Assembly (NCBI GenBank): GCA_903839725.1
Contig: CAIMDG010000003.1
Coordinates: 31,829-95,828, forward strand
Direction: 5' to 3'
From: an uncultured bacterium
Lineage (GTDB): Bacteria > Patescibacteriota > Minisyncoccia > Phycocordibacterales > PALSA-1337
DNA: 64,000 nt
Of the stretch, positions 8,989 through 19,689 are shown in pieces. Every line of letters begins with the position of its first letter. Position 1 is the first letter of the stretch. The position numbers were made by a program, and so were the translations under genes. Below the pieces are notes generated by a model that worked only from the letters and a program-made list of their open reading frames with translations, had not been told where the DNA came from and did not search any database.

Positions 8989-10458
8989 ATGAAAGAACAG
9001 AGTGAAATTACATCAAAATATGTCACTACAATTGGCTTGGAAATCCATGCCGAACTCAATACTGCCTCAAAGATGTTTTGTGCGTGTAAGAATGATCCAG
9101 ACGAAGAAAAGCCCAATGCAAATGTATGTTCAGTGTGTCTCGGTCACCCCGGAACACTTCCCGTACTCAATAAGCAAGCCATTTCTAGTGTACTCAAAGT
9201 AGGTGTTGCTGTGAATGGTATCATCGCGGATTTCACCGAATGGGATCGTAAAAACTATTTTTATCCTGATATACCAAAGGGTTACCAGATCAGTCAGTAT
9301 GCATACCCACTTGTTTCAGGCGGTACACTTGCAGGTGTAGAACTTGAACGTATTCACCTCGAAGAAGACACAGCTCAATCGACTCACGATACTCACGAAA
9401 AGAGTCTCGTGAATTTCAATCGTGCCGGAGTTCCACTTATGGAATTAGTTACTAAGCCCGTGATTCACGATGCCGCTACGGCCGTCCGTTTTGCAAAAGA
9501 ACTCCAGTTACTGTTGCGCTATCTTGGTGCCGGTGAAGCAAATATGGAAAAAGGGGAGATGCGTGTTGAAGCAAATATTTCAGTTGCTACTGCCGAGAAT
9601 ACCGCTGCTGGAAAGTTTGGTACCAAAACTGAAGTAAAGAACTTAAATTCATTCCGTGCTGTCGAAGGTGCGATAGAGTACGAAGTTGAACGTCAGATAG
9701 AGATGATAGAGAAAGGGGAGAAGGTTGTTCAGGAAACTCGTGGATGGGATGATTCACATAAAGAAACTTACTCACAACGTTCAAAGGAAAGTGCTCATGA
9801 TTATCGTTATTTCCCAGAGCCTGATATTCCAAAGCTCAAGATTTCTGAGATACCAGAGTTTTCTCACGATGCCTTGAAGAAGGTATTACCAGAATTACCT
9901 TGGGCAAAACGTGAACGTTATGCACGTGACTATGGTATGACAGAGAAGGAGGTTGCAGTGTTTGTTGACTCAGCAATTCTCGCAACATATTTTGATACAG
10001 TCGCTCTTACTCTCAAGAATGATCCAAAGATGATACGTCTCGCAGTAAACTATATGCTCACTGACTATCTCGGTATTTTGAAAAAACAGTTCGGTGAAGC
10101 TACATATATTTCAGAGGTTAATAAAATCCAAGCTCAATCATTTGCCCAACTCATACAACTCATCGCTGGAGGTACCGTCAACTCTCGTGGAGCAAAAGAA
10201 GTTCTCGCTATTATGTATGAAAAGGGAGGTATACCTCAGGAAATTGCAGAAAAGAATGGTTTGATCCAAAAGAATGATGAAGGTGAATTGATCAAGATTA
10301 TCGAGACTATCATCGCCAACAATGCTGCTGTAGTCGCTGAATATAAGGCAGGAAAGGCGGCATCACTCCAGTTCCTCATCGGACAAGGTATGAAAGCTAC
10401 CAAAGGCTCTGCAAACCCTGAGTTGCTCAAGAATATGCTTTTAAGTAAGCTCTCCTAG
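8989..10458 (+). CDS. gatB: Asp/Glu-tRNA amidotransferase subunit B
   Basis: TIGLEIHAELNT, CSVCLGHPGTLPVLN and a GatB/YqeY C-terminal domain. Confidence 0.9.
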   Translation: MKEQSEITSKYVTTIGLEIHAELNTASKMFCACKNDPDEEKPNANVCSVCLGHPGTLPVLNKQAISSVLKVGVAVNGIIADFTEWDRKNYFYPDIPKGYQISQYAYPLVSGGTLAGVELERIHLEEDTAQSTHDTHEKSLVNFNRAGVPLMELVTKPVIHDAATAVRFAKELQLLLRYLGAGEANMEKGEMRVEANISVATAENTAAGKFGTKTEVKNLNSFRAVEGAIEYEVERQIEMIEKGEKVVQETRGWDDSHKETYSQRSKESAHDYRYFPEPDIPKLKISEIPEFSHDALKKVLPELPWAKRERYARDYGMTEKEVAVFVDSAILATYFDTVALTLKNDPKMIRLAVNYMLTDYLGILKKQFGEATYISEVNKIQAQSFAQLIQLIAGGTVNSRGAKEVLAIMYEKGGIPQEIAEKNGLIQKNDEGELIKIIETIIANNAAVVAEYKAGKAASLQFLIGQGMKATKGSANPELLKNMLLSKLS

Positions 10459-10498
10459 CGCTACTCCTATTATCTCGGATGAAATAATCGTAATTCTC

Positions 10499-10616
10499 GC
10501 CCTACAGGAGGCATTGTACTTATTTTTGATACAAGTTTAGAGACACTTACATTACACCGCGTACCTCAATGTTTACAAACTTGTATCAAAAATAAGTACA
10601 ATGTCTCCTGTGGGGC
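10499..10616. repeat. PAL-A element copy A (core 10535-10580, same orientation as copy B)
   Basis: The conserved 46-nt core GTTTAGAGACAC(T/G)TACATTACACCGCGTACC(T/A)C(A/G)ATGTTTACAAAC is flanked by ~36-bp mutually complementary arms (two mismatches). Confidence 0.85.
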
Positions 10617-10653
10617 TGAGTCTATTTGTATATTCATCCGAGATAGCTCTTCA

Positions 10654-10932
10654 CTAAGCGCTATCTCGACCGTCAGTTGATCCGTCTAAATGTTTTACTT
10701 CCAACTTTCGTTTCTTATTCTTCGGAGGTAACTTCGGACGAGCTTCTACATTTGATCCTATAATATCCAAAAGTCTATTGATATCTTCAATTTTGTAAGC
10801 ACGGTAGTTATTGAGCGGATGACGGAGGGGGACTAATTTGCCACTTTTATCCCAATTACGGAGTGTAAGAGGAGTTACACCGAGCATGAGGGCTGCTTCT
10901 TTTATATTGACGAATTTACGAGAGGTATCCAT
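10654..10932 (-). CDS. MerR-type HTH DNA-binding protein
   Basis: IKEAALMLGVTPLTLRNWDKSGKL is a classic MerR/excisionase-like HTH. Basic C-terminal tail. Confidence 0.6.
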   Translation of the reverse strand: MDTSRKFVNIKEAALMLGVTPLTLRNWDKSGKLVPLRHPLNNYRAYKIEDINRLLDIIGSNVEARPKLPPKNKKRKLEVKHLDGSTDGRDSA

Positions 10933-11297
10933 ATGAATAGCATATCATATATCAATTTTCTAGGTAATAGTTTGGTAAACCTTGATAAACTTTTATATTA
11001 AATTAGCAAGCTTTAGTAAGGTTTGGTATAAGACTAGTTGTTATTGGTCTTGATTCGCCTTCAACCATTCGAATAGATTTAGTTTAAAAGGTGGTCTTGA
11101 TGGAAGTGGTAGCTATTACAGTAATTTGATAGTTACTGTGTTTGATTAGATCAGATTTTATCGTTTTTTGTTTAAAGTTGCAGATTTCTGATATGTTGGT
11201 AATTCATATTCGATAACCATCTGAAACTTTGATGTATCAGTTATCAACATCTACGTATCCTCCTTCTAAATTGCTATACTATAGGTACGAAATACTC

Positions 11298-12089
11298 ATG
11301 AAAGATTCAATCATTATAGAAGGAAAAGAATACATCTCGTCTCGCCGAGCATCCGAGATGGCCAAGTATTCCAACGATTATGTCGGACAGCTTTGTCGTA
11401 TGAAAAAGGTTGAGTCACGAAAAGTGGGGCGTATTTGGTTCATAGAGAAAGAGTCCCTTTTGGCACATCAACGTGACGCGGAGGTTATTATTCATTCTGG
11501 TCCATATATCAATCCAGCAAAACCCAAAAGTGATGCTAAGAGTTTCATTAAAATGCCTATTTCTTCTATTGCACCATCGCTTCCCACGACGAAATACTCG
11601 TCAATGAATTTGATGACTCATTCAGCGTCTCAGTTAGCTTCATTTCCCGTCATTGTTCCTGATCTCGAATGGAAAATAACAGATTCGACCTCGACTTCAT
11701 CTATTCAAGGCGTATCTCGAGTACGTGACCCACATGATGCAATACAAAAGATCAAAACTCGCACACGGGGGATTCGTCCAGTATTTCATCATGCGCAAGC
11801 ATTTGGAACCATCGCATTAGCTTTAATGTTTGTTGTTGTTGGAACGTATAGTATGACGCATCCTGAACGTACATTTGGTACTGTTGCTTCGATTGGTCAT
11901 ACTTTTGCTCAAAATTTTGTTTCTTCTAGCAAAGAATTTGGAGTTATGTTTGCTTCCATAGGGACAGATACCATGTCCGCTAGCGCTACGGGCGCGATTG
12001 ACCCATTAAAGGGTAATGTCCTTGATGATTCACGAGTGGGAATAGTCTCATCTTTACTGAAAATAATGGGCGCAGATATTTCTGATTAA
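11298..12089 (+). CDS. Hypothetical protein with an excisionase-family HTH at the N-terminus and a C-terminal TM segment
   Basis: YISSRRASEMAKYSNDYVGQLCRMKKVESRKVGRIWFIEKESL resembles the excisionase/HTH_17 family. The track ORF begins at 11229; the start was chosen at MKDSII. Confidence 0.45.
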   Translation: MKDSIIIEGKEYISSRRASEMAKYSNDYVGQLCRMKKVESRKVGRIWFIEKESLLAHQRDAEVIIHSGPYINPAKPKSDAKSFIKMPISSIAPSLPTTKYSSMNLMTHSASQLASFPVIVPDLEWKITDSTSTSSIQGVSRVRDPHDAIQKIKTRTRGIRPVFHHAQAFGTIALALMFVVVGTYSMTHPERTFGTVASIGHTFAQNFVSSSKEFGVMFASIGTDTMSASATGAIDPLKGNVLDDSRVGIVSSLLKIMGADISD

Positions 12090-12107
12090 ATCTCTCAACA
12101 GAGGCGT

Positions 12108-12136
12108 ACAATGCTGATTGACAATCGACTTTTCCT
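12108..12136 (+). promoter_or_regulatory. Sigma-70-like promoter TTGACA-17-TAAACT upstream of the RRM gene
   Basis: Read directly; ~110-nt 5'UTR containing a TGTACAT/ATGTACG palindrome. Confidence 0.4.
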
Positions 12137-12249
12137 ATGCTAAACTACCCCTGTGTACATTTCTCGTCATGTACGCGTTAGCAATTAAGGACTGAGAGAT
12201 TCCGCTAGCGCGTTTACTGTAAAGTGATCCGTTGCGGGTAATAAAGAAA

Positions 12250-12501
12250 ATGTCAAAGAGACTTTTCGTAGGCAGTCTTGCCTGGGGTACAACAGAAGCC
12301 ACCCTGAAGTCACACTTCGAACAGGCAGGTGCCGTTGAGTCAGCAGCAGTTATCATGGATAAGATGTCAGGCCGTTCAAAGGGCTTTGGCTTCGTTGAAA
12401 TGAGTTCTGATGCAGATGCTGAAGCAGCTATCTCAAAGCTCAATGGTTCAGAACTCGATGGTCGCAAGATCGTTGTTTCTGAAGCTCGCCCAAAGGCATA
12501 A
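12250..12501 (+). CDS. RRM-type RNA-binding protein
   Basis: RNP-2 LFVGSLAW and RNP-1 KGFGFVEM. Start at MSKRLFVG. Confidence 0.8.
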   Translation: MSKRLFVGSLAWGTTEATLKSHFEQAGAVESAAVIMDKMSGRSKGFGFVEMSSDADAEAAISKLNGSELDGRKIVVSEARPKA

Positions 12502-12529
12502 TTGCCTACAGGTGATTACCTAGAAAATT

Positions 12530-12569
12530 CCCGCCTTTGATCTGCATCTGCAGGTCGGCGGGTTTTTTC
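12530..12569 (+). terminator. Rho-independent terminator after the RRM gene
   Basis: CCCGCC...GGCGGG stem followed by TTTTTT. Confidence 0.7.
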
Positions 12570-12621
12570 TTGCGCATTATTGTATTTGATAAAAAATTAC
12601 TCCACCCGACGGGTGGAGTTG

Positions 12622-13029
12622 TTATGTTGAGGAAATGTCCTCAGCACATTTTTCGTAGATAATATTTCTGGCCTGAGCACACACTTCTTCATCGAATTTA
12701 CCACCAAACATTTCTTTGAGGTCAGGCACAAAGCTTTTGGAAGTGAGTATGTATTCGTCAACCGATTTTCCTTCTCGAACTGAGAGCTTGTAGGCTTTTT
12801 CTGTTGCGAGCATGATTTGTGACAGGAGAAAGAATTTGTAAAACAAAAAGCGATATTCTTGGCATGCTTCATGTTGTTCATACAAATCACGAATTCCTGC
12901 CCAAGGCGCTTCCGGATCTTTCATCTTCGCCCAGTATTCTAGGCGTTTTTCTTCTAAAGCCGCTTGGCGTTCCATAACCCGTGAAGGCAGGAACACCTGC
13001 GGAGACGGGTTGGGGTTGTTCATAATCAA
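12622..13029 (-). CDS. Hypothetical protein
   Basis: 135-aa ORF with no recognisable motif. Confidence 0.45.
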   Translation of the reverse strand: MIMNNPNPSPQVFLPSRVMERQAALEEKRLEYWAKMKDPEAPWAGIRDLYEQHEACQEYRFLFYKFFLLSQIMLATEKAYKLSVREGKSVDEYILTSKSFVPDLKEMFGGKFDEEVCAQARNIIYEKCAEDISST

Positions 13030-13102
13030 TAGTTCTGCTGAACCCTATACTATACTTATACGTCCTGAAGTCAAATGGTATATTCTGCGATATACTATTG
13101 TC

Positions 13103-13621
13103 ATGAATTCTCCCAAAATAGTCATTGTTGATGATTTGATGCAGAAGAAGTACCGCTATGAATTGACGGAACCTGTAGGCAAAAATTTTGATCCTGAATT
13201 TAAGCCACAGCTAACTCCTAAAGAAATGTTAGAGCTAGGTGTATTTGGTGGTGTGTACCTTCGAGATTGCAAGAATGAATTTCCGGCTGATTGGTTCGTA
13301 CAAGCGAAGTTCGCGCCCGAGGGTAGTGATGTACATGTTGCATCACTAAATTATTTTGGTGTGAATGCAAGTCAGCCACTTTCAGTTTGGCAGGCTAAAG
13401 GCTGGATACATCCAGACGATCCGCGTGGTTGGTTTCAGTGGTATTGTAGATATTATTTGGGACGTCGACATGCAGATGATGTTCGACAGATCAAACGTTG
13501 GAAAGCAATGGTCCGTCACGTTGCCCAAGTTTCACATAACTGTCGACCACGAGATTATTCATGCCATACCAAGCAACGCCAAGCATTACTACACTGGGCT
13601 TACGATAGTCGTAAGCTCTAG
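13103..13621 (+). CDS. Hypothetical conserved protein (Trp/Arg-rich motif GWIHPDDPRGWFQWYCRYYLGRR)
   Basis: ORF with a start chosen at MNSPK. Family not recognised. Confidence 0.45.
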   Translation: MNSPKIVIVDDLMQKKYRYELTEPVGKNFDPEFKPQLTPKEMLELGVFGGVYLRDCKNEFPADWFVQAKFAPEGSDVHVASLNYFGVNASQPLSVWQAKGWIHPDDPRGWFQWYCRYYLGRRHADDVRQIKRWKAMVRHVAQVSHNCRPRDYSCHTKQRQALLHWAYDSRKL

Positions 13622-13644
13622 TCGTCTGAAGGTTTCCGATAGAA

Positions 13645-14340
13645 TTACCACGGATACTTTTCTCCTTTGAACCAAAACTGTCCTGTCTCTGGTCGAGAAA
13701 TTCCAAGTTCGTAAATATATGCCGCCGCTTCTTCGGGAGTAAGTGGGGCATCAGCTCCACCCATGTCTGTACGGACCCAACCAGGATGAACTGAGGAGAC
13801 GGTAATATTGGTATTCTCATGTCGGAGTCTAAGTGCGAGTGTACGAGTGTACATGTTTAAAGCTGCTTTGGATATCTTGTATGCAGGGTAGCGCAATGGT
13901 GCATGTGAATGTTCAAATACTTCGATATCTTGTAGTGAACCTGCTTGAGAAGATATATTCACGATATGCGCATTATTGGATAGGTGTGGGATTGTGTGTT
14001 CGGTAAAATTAATTGTTCCAATGAGATTAACTTCGAGGGTTGTACGTAACTTTTCTACGATAACCTTCGTTTCATTGTCATCTTCGAGTGTACCAATATT
14101 GTTGATGAGGATGTCTATCTTTGAATTGCGATTTTGTATGAGAGAAGAAATATTTGTTACACATGTTTCAATTGAGTCTGTTGAAGTAATCTCGAGTTTG
14201 AATATGTTTAGGTTTTGGTGTGTATAATCGATGGTTCCATTTTGTGAAGTTCCAATGACAAAGTATCCTTCATCTAGGAATTTATGTGCAAGAGCGCAAC
14301 CTATACCACGACTGATGCCAGTTATGAGGATTGTTTTCAT
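13645..14340 (-). CDS. Short-chain dehydrogenase/reductase (SDR)
   Basis: TGISRGIG Rossmann motif and a catalytic YPAYKISKAAL (YxxxK). Confidence 0.85.
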   Translation of the reverse strand: MKTILITGISRGIGCALAHKFLDEGYFVIGTSQNGTIDYTHQNLNIFKLEITSTDSIETCVTNISSLIQNRNSKIDILINNIGTLEDDNETKVIVEKLRTTLEVNLIGTINFTEHTIPHLSNNAHIVNISSQAGSLQDIEVFEHSHAPLRYPAYKISKAALNMYTRTLALRLRHENTNITVSSVHPGWVRTDMGGADAPLTPEEAAAYIYELGISRPETGQFWFKGEKYPW

Positions 14341-14379
14341 GATGCTATTTTAGCATGATAAGACCTATTCTTGTCGACG

Positions 14380-15606
14380 CTATTCGTATCTCAATGCTTC
14401 GATAGGATTGAGTTTTGAGGCTCTGCGAGCAGGGTAATACCCGAACACTATACCGATAGCTGCTGAAACTCCGAAAGCAAGGAGAATAGAGTTTAATGAT
14501 ATTTGTGTAGCAAGAACACCAAAATAGGTAATACCATAACATACAAGCCAGCCGAGAATAACCCCAATTGTTCCACCGATAACAGTAAGTGCAACTGCTT
14601 CAATGAGAAATTGAATATTGATATCACGAGCTTTTGCTCCAATAGCTTTGCGTAGACCGATCTCTCGAGTTCGTTCTGTTACAGTGGTCAACATCATATT
14701 CATGATGCCAATACCACCAACAACAAGTGATATGCCCGCAACTGCACCAAGAAGTATGGTGAATATACCAGTGACGCTTGAAGCTGCCGAAACAATGTCT
14801 GCTTGATTTAATACATTAAAATCAGCATTTGTAGGATTTGATATTTTGTGTCGGGCAAGGAGGAGTGAAGTGATATCTGCTTGAACTTGAGTCATAACAC
14901 TAGAGTCCGTTGCTGATATATTTATTGAGGTGACATATGTTGAATCACCAAGCAAGAATAATTGAGCACTCGTAAAAGGAATATAGATCATATCATCTTG
15001 ATTTCCAAAACCGGTACCACCTTTTGACTTGGTAACACCAACAACCTTGAATTCCATGCCATTGATACGAATAGATTGACCGACAGCTTCTGCTCCAGTA
15101 CCAAAGAGATCGTCACTTGTAGTTGGTCCTATAACTGCGACTTTACTACGATTTGTGATTTGTTGCTCTGATATGAATTCTCCGTCATTCACGGTGACAT
15201 TGTGCACAGACAAGTATGCTGGAACGACTCCAGTCACAGTAGTGTTTGAATTAGTTCCTTTTGCAGTCACTTGGTATCTATTACTGATTTCAGGAGATAT
15301 TGCGCCAATACTCTGAACTTCTTGGGAGATCGCTGTTACGTCTTCAACTTTGAGGGTTTTTGCTGTACCTCTACCACTCGAAGCTCCATATCCGAAGCTT
15401 CGAGTTGCCCCAGGAGAAACGATGATGAGATTTGAACCAATTGATTGAATACTTGATTGAATCGAGCTTTGAGCACCTTGGCCGATCGAGACCATGATGA
15501 TAACTGAACTAATACCGATGATGATACCGAGCATAGTTAAAGATGTTCGCACTTTATTTGCGGTGAGGGCTGAGATCGTCTCGTGAATGATATCTTTTGT
15601 GGTCAT
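14380..15606 (-). CDS. ABC transporter permease, MacB/FtsX family (YknZ-like)
   Basis: N-terminal TM, a large extracytoplasmic MacB_PCD-like domain, then four C-terminal FtsX helices. Confidence 0.8.
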   Translation of the reverse strand: MTTKDIIHETISALTANKVRTSLTMLGIIIGISSVIIMVSIGQGAQSSIQSSIQSIGSNLIIVSPGATRSFGYGASSGRGTAKTLKVEDVTAISQEVQSIGAISPEISNRYQVTAKGTNSNTTVTGVVPAYLSVHNVTVNDGEFISEQQITNRSKVAVIGPTTSDDLFGTGAEAVGQSIRINGMEFKVVGVTKSKGGTGFGNQDDMIYIPFTSAQLFLLGDSTYVTSINISATDSSVMTQVQADITSLLLARHKISNPTNADFNVLNQADIVSAASSVTGIFTILLGAVAGISLVVGGIGIMNMMLTTVTERTREIGLRKAIGAKARDINIQFLIEAVALTVIGGTIGVILGWLVCYGITYFGVLATQISLNSILLAFGVSAAIGIVFGYYPARRASKLNPIEALRYE

Positions 15607-15617
15607 AAAATAATGAA

Positions 15618-16334
15618 TTACGCTTTCTTTTTTGCGTGCTGAATTATACGTTTATTGTGGCTATTACCATCCTCGACAATTTTTCCATCTTTAATATATA
15701 TAATCCTGTCTGCGTGTTCAGCTACTTCTCGTTCATGTGTAATGAGAATGATTGTACGATTGAGTTCTTTATTTAATTTCTGAAAAGTTCCAAGAACGAT
15801 ATCTCCTGTCTGAGAATCAAGGTTTCCGGTGGGCTCGTCAGCAAGAATAAGTGACGGGTTATTGACCAAAGCTCTCGCAATAGCCACACGCTGGATTTGT
15901 CCTCCAGATAACTGGTTTGACATATGATTGTAGCGATCTTCATCGAGGCCTGCGCTTGATAGGGCAGCGTGAGCTCGTTTGATTCTCTCGGCTTCAGGAA
16001 CTTCGGCGTAGATAAGAGGTAGCGTAACATTTCTCAAAACAGTAGCTCGAGAAAGGAGATTGAATGATTGGAAAACAAAACCAATACGATCGCGGCGTAT
16101 GTCAGCGAGTTCATCATCAGAGAGGGTAGAAACATCATGCCCGTCCAAGAAATACGTTCCTGATGTAGGTGTATCGAGTGCTCCGAGTATGTGCATGAGT
16201 GTTGATTTCCCAGAACCAGACGGTCCCATAATTGCAACAAACTCACCGTCTTTGATGGTAAACGAAACCCCGCGAAGTGCATGAGTTTCGTTGTCACCAT
16301 TTATATATGTTTTAGTTATATTTTTTATTTCTAT
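15618..16334 (-). CDS. ABC transporter ATP-binding protein (MacB/LolD-type, YknY-like)
   Basis: Walker [10 protein letters not shown], signature [15 protein letters not shown], Walker [12 protein letters not shown]. Start chosen at MIEIKNITK; the track ORF extends further upstream. Confidence 0.85.
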   Translation of the reverse strand: MEIKNITKTYINGDNETHALRGVSFTIKDGEFVAIMGPSGSGKSTLMHILGALDTPTSGTYFLDGHDVSTLSDDELADIRRDRIGFVFQSFNLLSRATVLRNVTLPLIYAEVPEAERIKRAHAALSSAGLDEDRYNHMSNQLSGGQIQRVAIARALVNNPSLILADEPTGNLDSQTGDIVLGTFQKLNKELNRTIILITHEREVAEHADRIIYIKDGKIVEDGNSHNKRIIQHAKKKA

Positions 16335-16374
16335 CATAGAGGTAAAACGACTAGCTGCAGTATTCTCATTCGCA

Positions 16375-18108
16375 TTAATTACCCATTCGTGCTCCTGTGG
16401 CTCCAGTACGAGCTCCTCCTGTTGTCCCACGTTGCGCACCAAGACTACTGAGGATACTTGGTGCTGCGGTTGCTGTTGTTCCGCCAGCGGCAACTGTCTT
16501 TGTTATAACAAACTGACCACGAGTCAAACCATCAATTATTTCTGTATTCGCATCATCAGCATCTCCGATTGTTACAATAATTTGAGTAGGTATTGCTGCA
16601 GTTGATAATGTAATGCCTTTTCCTGTGCCACCTGTTCTTGATCCAAAACTTCGAGTAGATGAGCTTGTCGTTGCGTTTGATGTAGGCAATGATAGTGTTT
16701 CAACATAATGTATATTACCGCTTGTTTTTATTGCACCTGATGGAATAATGGTGACACCATCGATTTGTTTGGTAATGATACTTGTATTTATACTCATGCC
16801 TGGCTTAATTCGTGCATCAGAAGTACCAATGATGATTTTGACTCCATATGAAACGACTCCACTGGTAACAGTTCCCACCTGATCAACGGAACTCACAGTA
16901 CCTGTCGCAGCAAGTCCATCGATAGCATCAAAAGTTATATTGACGTTTTGGCCAGCTTGAACTTTTGCGGCATCAACTTCATTTAGAGATATATTTGAGA
17001 TTTTTTGATCACCGACGATTGTAGCGATGACGCTCGAACCACTCGCTTGGTCATATATATTGACGGGAATACGACCAACAGTTCCATCGAAGGGTGCACG
17101 GATAAAATAATTATTGTAGGCTTGTTGTTTCTGTTGAAGTGATAATGCTTGAGATTGAACATCGAGAGCGTCGGCGCCAGTTACAAGTGTGTCCAATGTA
17201 TTCTTACTACTTGAGATTGAGTTTTGTGCCGAAAGAATAGATGCAAGATCAGAATTAATTTGATTTGACCAAGTTGCAATATTTGCGTTGGCAGTCACTG
17301 AATCTTTTGGATAATATTCAGGTTGACTCGTGATAATAAAATTTATAGCATTTTGAGTATTTTGTAATGCTGTAGCAATATTCTTTGTCAAAGAATATGT
17401 GTTAGCGACGAGCTGTTCTATGCTTGAAGTTGCACTTGTCCGACTTAAGTTCTTGTATTCGTTTATGACAACGGCGTATTGATTTGCTGCTATATCATAG
17501 TTTGCACTAGCTTCATTACGATATCGTAGGCCTGTTACTGTGAGGTGTGATGAATTTTGATCACTTAAAAAAGCTCCTTGTCCATAGAGCAAATCTTTCA
17601 TCCCTGATGTAATCGAAGATAGGTCGATAAATGTTGTTGATACAGCACCAAATCCATCGTTGTAAGCCTTAGTAAGATTATTCGTAGCATTTGACATATC
17701 AGCAAGTTTTGCAGGCTGAGTTAATTTTGCATAAGCAATTCGTGCGTTGGCGAGATCAAGAGAGGCTGTTGTTGAATCAATCGTAGCGAGAAGGTCTCCT
17801 TTTTGTACATGTTGACCAACTGATACTTTGATTGATTCAATCGTTCCCGATACCTGACTTTTAACATCAGTTTGATTGGAAGAAGAAACCTGACCACTAC
17901 CTGTTACTGTTTGTATGATTGATCCTATACGAACAGGAGAAAGGGTATATTGTGGAACAGCAGCAGGCACAAATAGAGCTCGATATGAGTAATATCCAAT
18001 AATGATGATACCTATGAGTATGGCAGTGGAATACCACTTGTGTTTCAGTGTCCAATTTTTTGAAATAGAAAATGAAGAAGAAAATATTTTTTTCATATAT
18101 GTTTTCAA
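16375..18108 (-). CDS. HlyD/MacA-family periplasmic adaptor (YknX-like) with a long Gly/Thr/Ala-rich C-terminal tail
   Basis: N-terminal TM, coiled-coil hairpin, beta-barrel region (LATIDS...GDLLATI). The last ~100 aa are low-complexity. Confidence 0.7.
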   Translation of the reverse strand: MKTYMKKIFSSSFSISKNWTLKHKWYSTAILIGIIIIGYYSYRALFVPAAVPQYTLSPVRIGSIIQTVTGSGQVSSSNQTDVKSQVSGTIESIKVSVGQHVQKGDLLATIDSTTASLDLANARIAYAKLTQPAKLADMSNATNNLTKAYNDGFGAVSTTFIDLSSITSGMKDLLYGQGAFLSDQNSSHLTVTGLRYRNEASANYDIAANQYAVVINEYKNLSRTSATSSIEQLVANTYSLTKNIATALQNTQNAINFIITSQPEYYPKDSVTANANIATWSNQINSDLASILSAQNSISSSKNTLDTLVTGADALDVQSQALSLQQKQQAYNNYFIRAPFDGTVGRIPVNIYDQASGSSVIATIVGDQKISNISLNEVDAAKVQAGQNVNITFDAIDGLAATGTVSSVDQVGTVTSGVVSYGVKIIIGTSDARIKPGMSINTSIITKQIDGVTIIPSGAIKTSGNIHYVETLSLPTSNATTSSSTRSFGSRTGGTGKGITLSTAAIPTQIIVTIGDADDANTEIIDGLTRGQFVITKTVAAGGTTATAAPSILSSLGAQRGTTGGARTGATGARMGN

Positions 18109-18113
18109 AATTA

Positions 18114-18647
18114 TTATTGTGGATACATCATTCCAGGGCCTTTGTTGATACGTGGGGGGATGGGGAATGTACTTGTTGAAGTAGTAGCAAACATCATAGG
18201 GGGAGGCATGATGCGGATAAGTCGAGCATCTATTTGGCCACGTGAATTTGGTGTACCAATAACAATAATAAAGTCATTCAATCGAACACTCGTAGATGCT
18301 ATTGATTCTCGTGCACTACGAATAATGGTTTCGTTATTTATAATTATACTTTTTTCTAGACCGGTAGCGTCGGAAACAAGTATGTTGGGGAAGTTAACAC
18401 TAATAACTTTTCCTGCAGCACCATGACCACTCACGAGATCATCAGCGTCAGGGCCACCCATCATTGTGATAGGAGAATTCATGTGTTTACCAAATGCATT
18501 GTAGTATCTATCCCCAAATTGAGCAGAGAATTGTGCTTTGTGATACCCGACAAATATTCCTGCTAAAAATATAATAAGAGCTACAAATAACAATCCAATT
18601 GTGTATATAATCGGTGCGTATTTCTTTGAATTAAGTAGTTCTTTCAT
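18114..18647 (-). CDS. Hypothetical membrane-anchored exported protein
   Basis: N-terminal TM helix. Operon position between the putative anti-sigma and the adaptor. Confidence 0.45.
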   Translation of the reverse strand: MKELLNSKKYAPIIYTIGLLFVALIIFLAGIFVGYHKAQFSAQFGDRYYNAFGKHMNSPITMMGGPDADDLVSGHGAAGKVISVNFPNILVSDATGLEKSIIINNETIIRSARESIASTSVRLNDFIIVIGTPNSRGQIDARLIRIMPPPMMFATTSTSTFPIPPRINKGPGMMYPQ

Positions 18648-18663
18648 ATTTTTGTATTATGTA

Positions 18664-19077
18664 TTAAGCGAATGTTTTTATACTAATCTTGGGGACATAT
18701 TTGATGCCTCTAAAAATAGAATTTACACATATAAATAATGCTCCTACGCATGCAATACTTCCGATAACGGGTAGTGATTCTGCAATTAAAAGACTGAACT
18801 CTTTCCAATTATTCATTACCAATGTGCCATCGGAAATGATAAGTGAAACGTATTGCATAAATCCTGAATTAACTGATTCGGTAGTTACGTATTGTATTGC
18901 AGGAATAAAGGCAATAATTGCTATTGCAGTGAATGAAATATGCACAGTGAGATATATACGAGCCTGAACTGCTCTGTAATGTTCAATACGGTGTGTTACT
19001 GCATCAAATACACCCTCAGGTTCTTGTTCCTGAGTGATGTTAGTAAAAAGTCTTTTATAAGATGTTTCAGTAGTCAT
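18664..19077 (-). CDS. Membrane protein immediately downstream of the ECF sigma; putative anti-sigma factor (assigned by position only)
   Basis: 137 aa with a cytoplasmic N-terminus and two TM helices. Sits 45 nt after the sigma gene. Confidence 0.35.
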   Translation of the reverse strand: MTTETSYKRLFTNITQEQEPEGVFDAVTHRIEHYRAVQARIYLTVHISFTAIAIIAFIPAIQYVTTESVNSGFMQYVSLIISDGTLVMNNWKEFSLLIAESLPVIGSIACVGALFICVNSIFRGIKYVPKISIKTFA

Positions 19078-19122
19078 TGTTGTATAGTACGAAGAATATG
19101 GATAATTTGGTGCAAAGGGGCT

Positions 19123-19689
19123 TTATTTCTTCTTCTTTTCCCAATATTCTCTCATTTTAATAAGTGATCTACGGTGCCAACTTTTGACAGTATTCATCGG
19201 TATTTGGATCGTCTTCGATATTTCCTCGAAGGTCATATCTTCATGGTAATACATAAGCATAATTGCTCGATGGTCCGGATGAAGGATCGTGAGCGCTTCA
19301 CGTAATTCCTCAACTATCTCTTTGCGTTCAAATAGCTCTGGCGGAAGTGGTTCAGTGTCAGTGAGAGTATCAGAAAATTCCGTATCATCTTCTCGATTAT
19401 CAAGTTCAGAGAAACGAATAGTTTTTTTCTTTTTTATATGATCAAGTGCGGTATTTCTCGCAATGGTATACATCCACGACTTGAATGTATTGCCAGCCTT
19501 AAATTTTTTGGCATGTTTCCATGCTTTATATAATGCATCCTGCGTCGCATCTTCTGCATCAGCCTCAGTTTTTATGTATTGTCTGACAAAATTGTAAATT
19601 GGTTTGATGTATCTACGCATGAGCTCTGAAAAAGCGGTATCATCGCCTTGTTTGCAAAGAAAAATTAATTCTTCATCAGTCTGGAGCAT
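19123..19689 (-). CDS. ECF-type RNA polymerase sigma-70 factor
   Basis: Region 2 (YIKPIYNFVRQYI...DATQDALYKAW) and region 4 HTH (FEEISKTIQIPMNTVKSWHRRS). Confidence 0.85.
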   Translation of the reverse strand: MLQTDEELIFLCKQGDDTAFSELMRRYIKPIYNFVRQYIKTEADAEDATQDALYKAWKHAKKFKAGNTFKSWMYTIARNTALDHIKKKKTIRFSELDNREDDTEFSDTLTDTEPLPPELFERKEIVEELREALTILHPDHRAIMLMYYHEDMTFEEISKTIQIPMNTVKSWHRRSLIKMREYWEKKKK

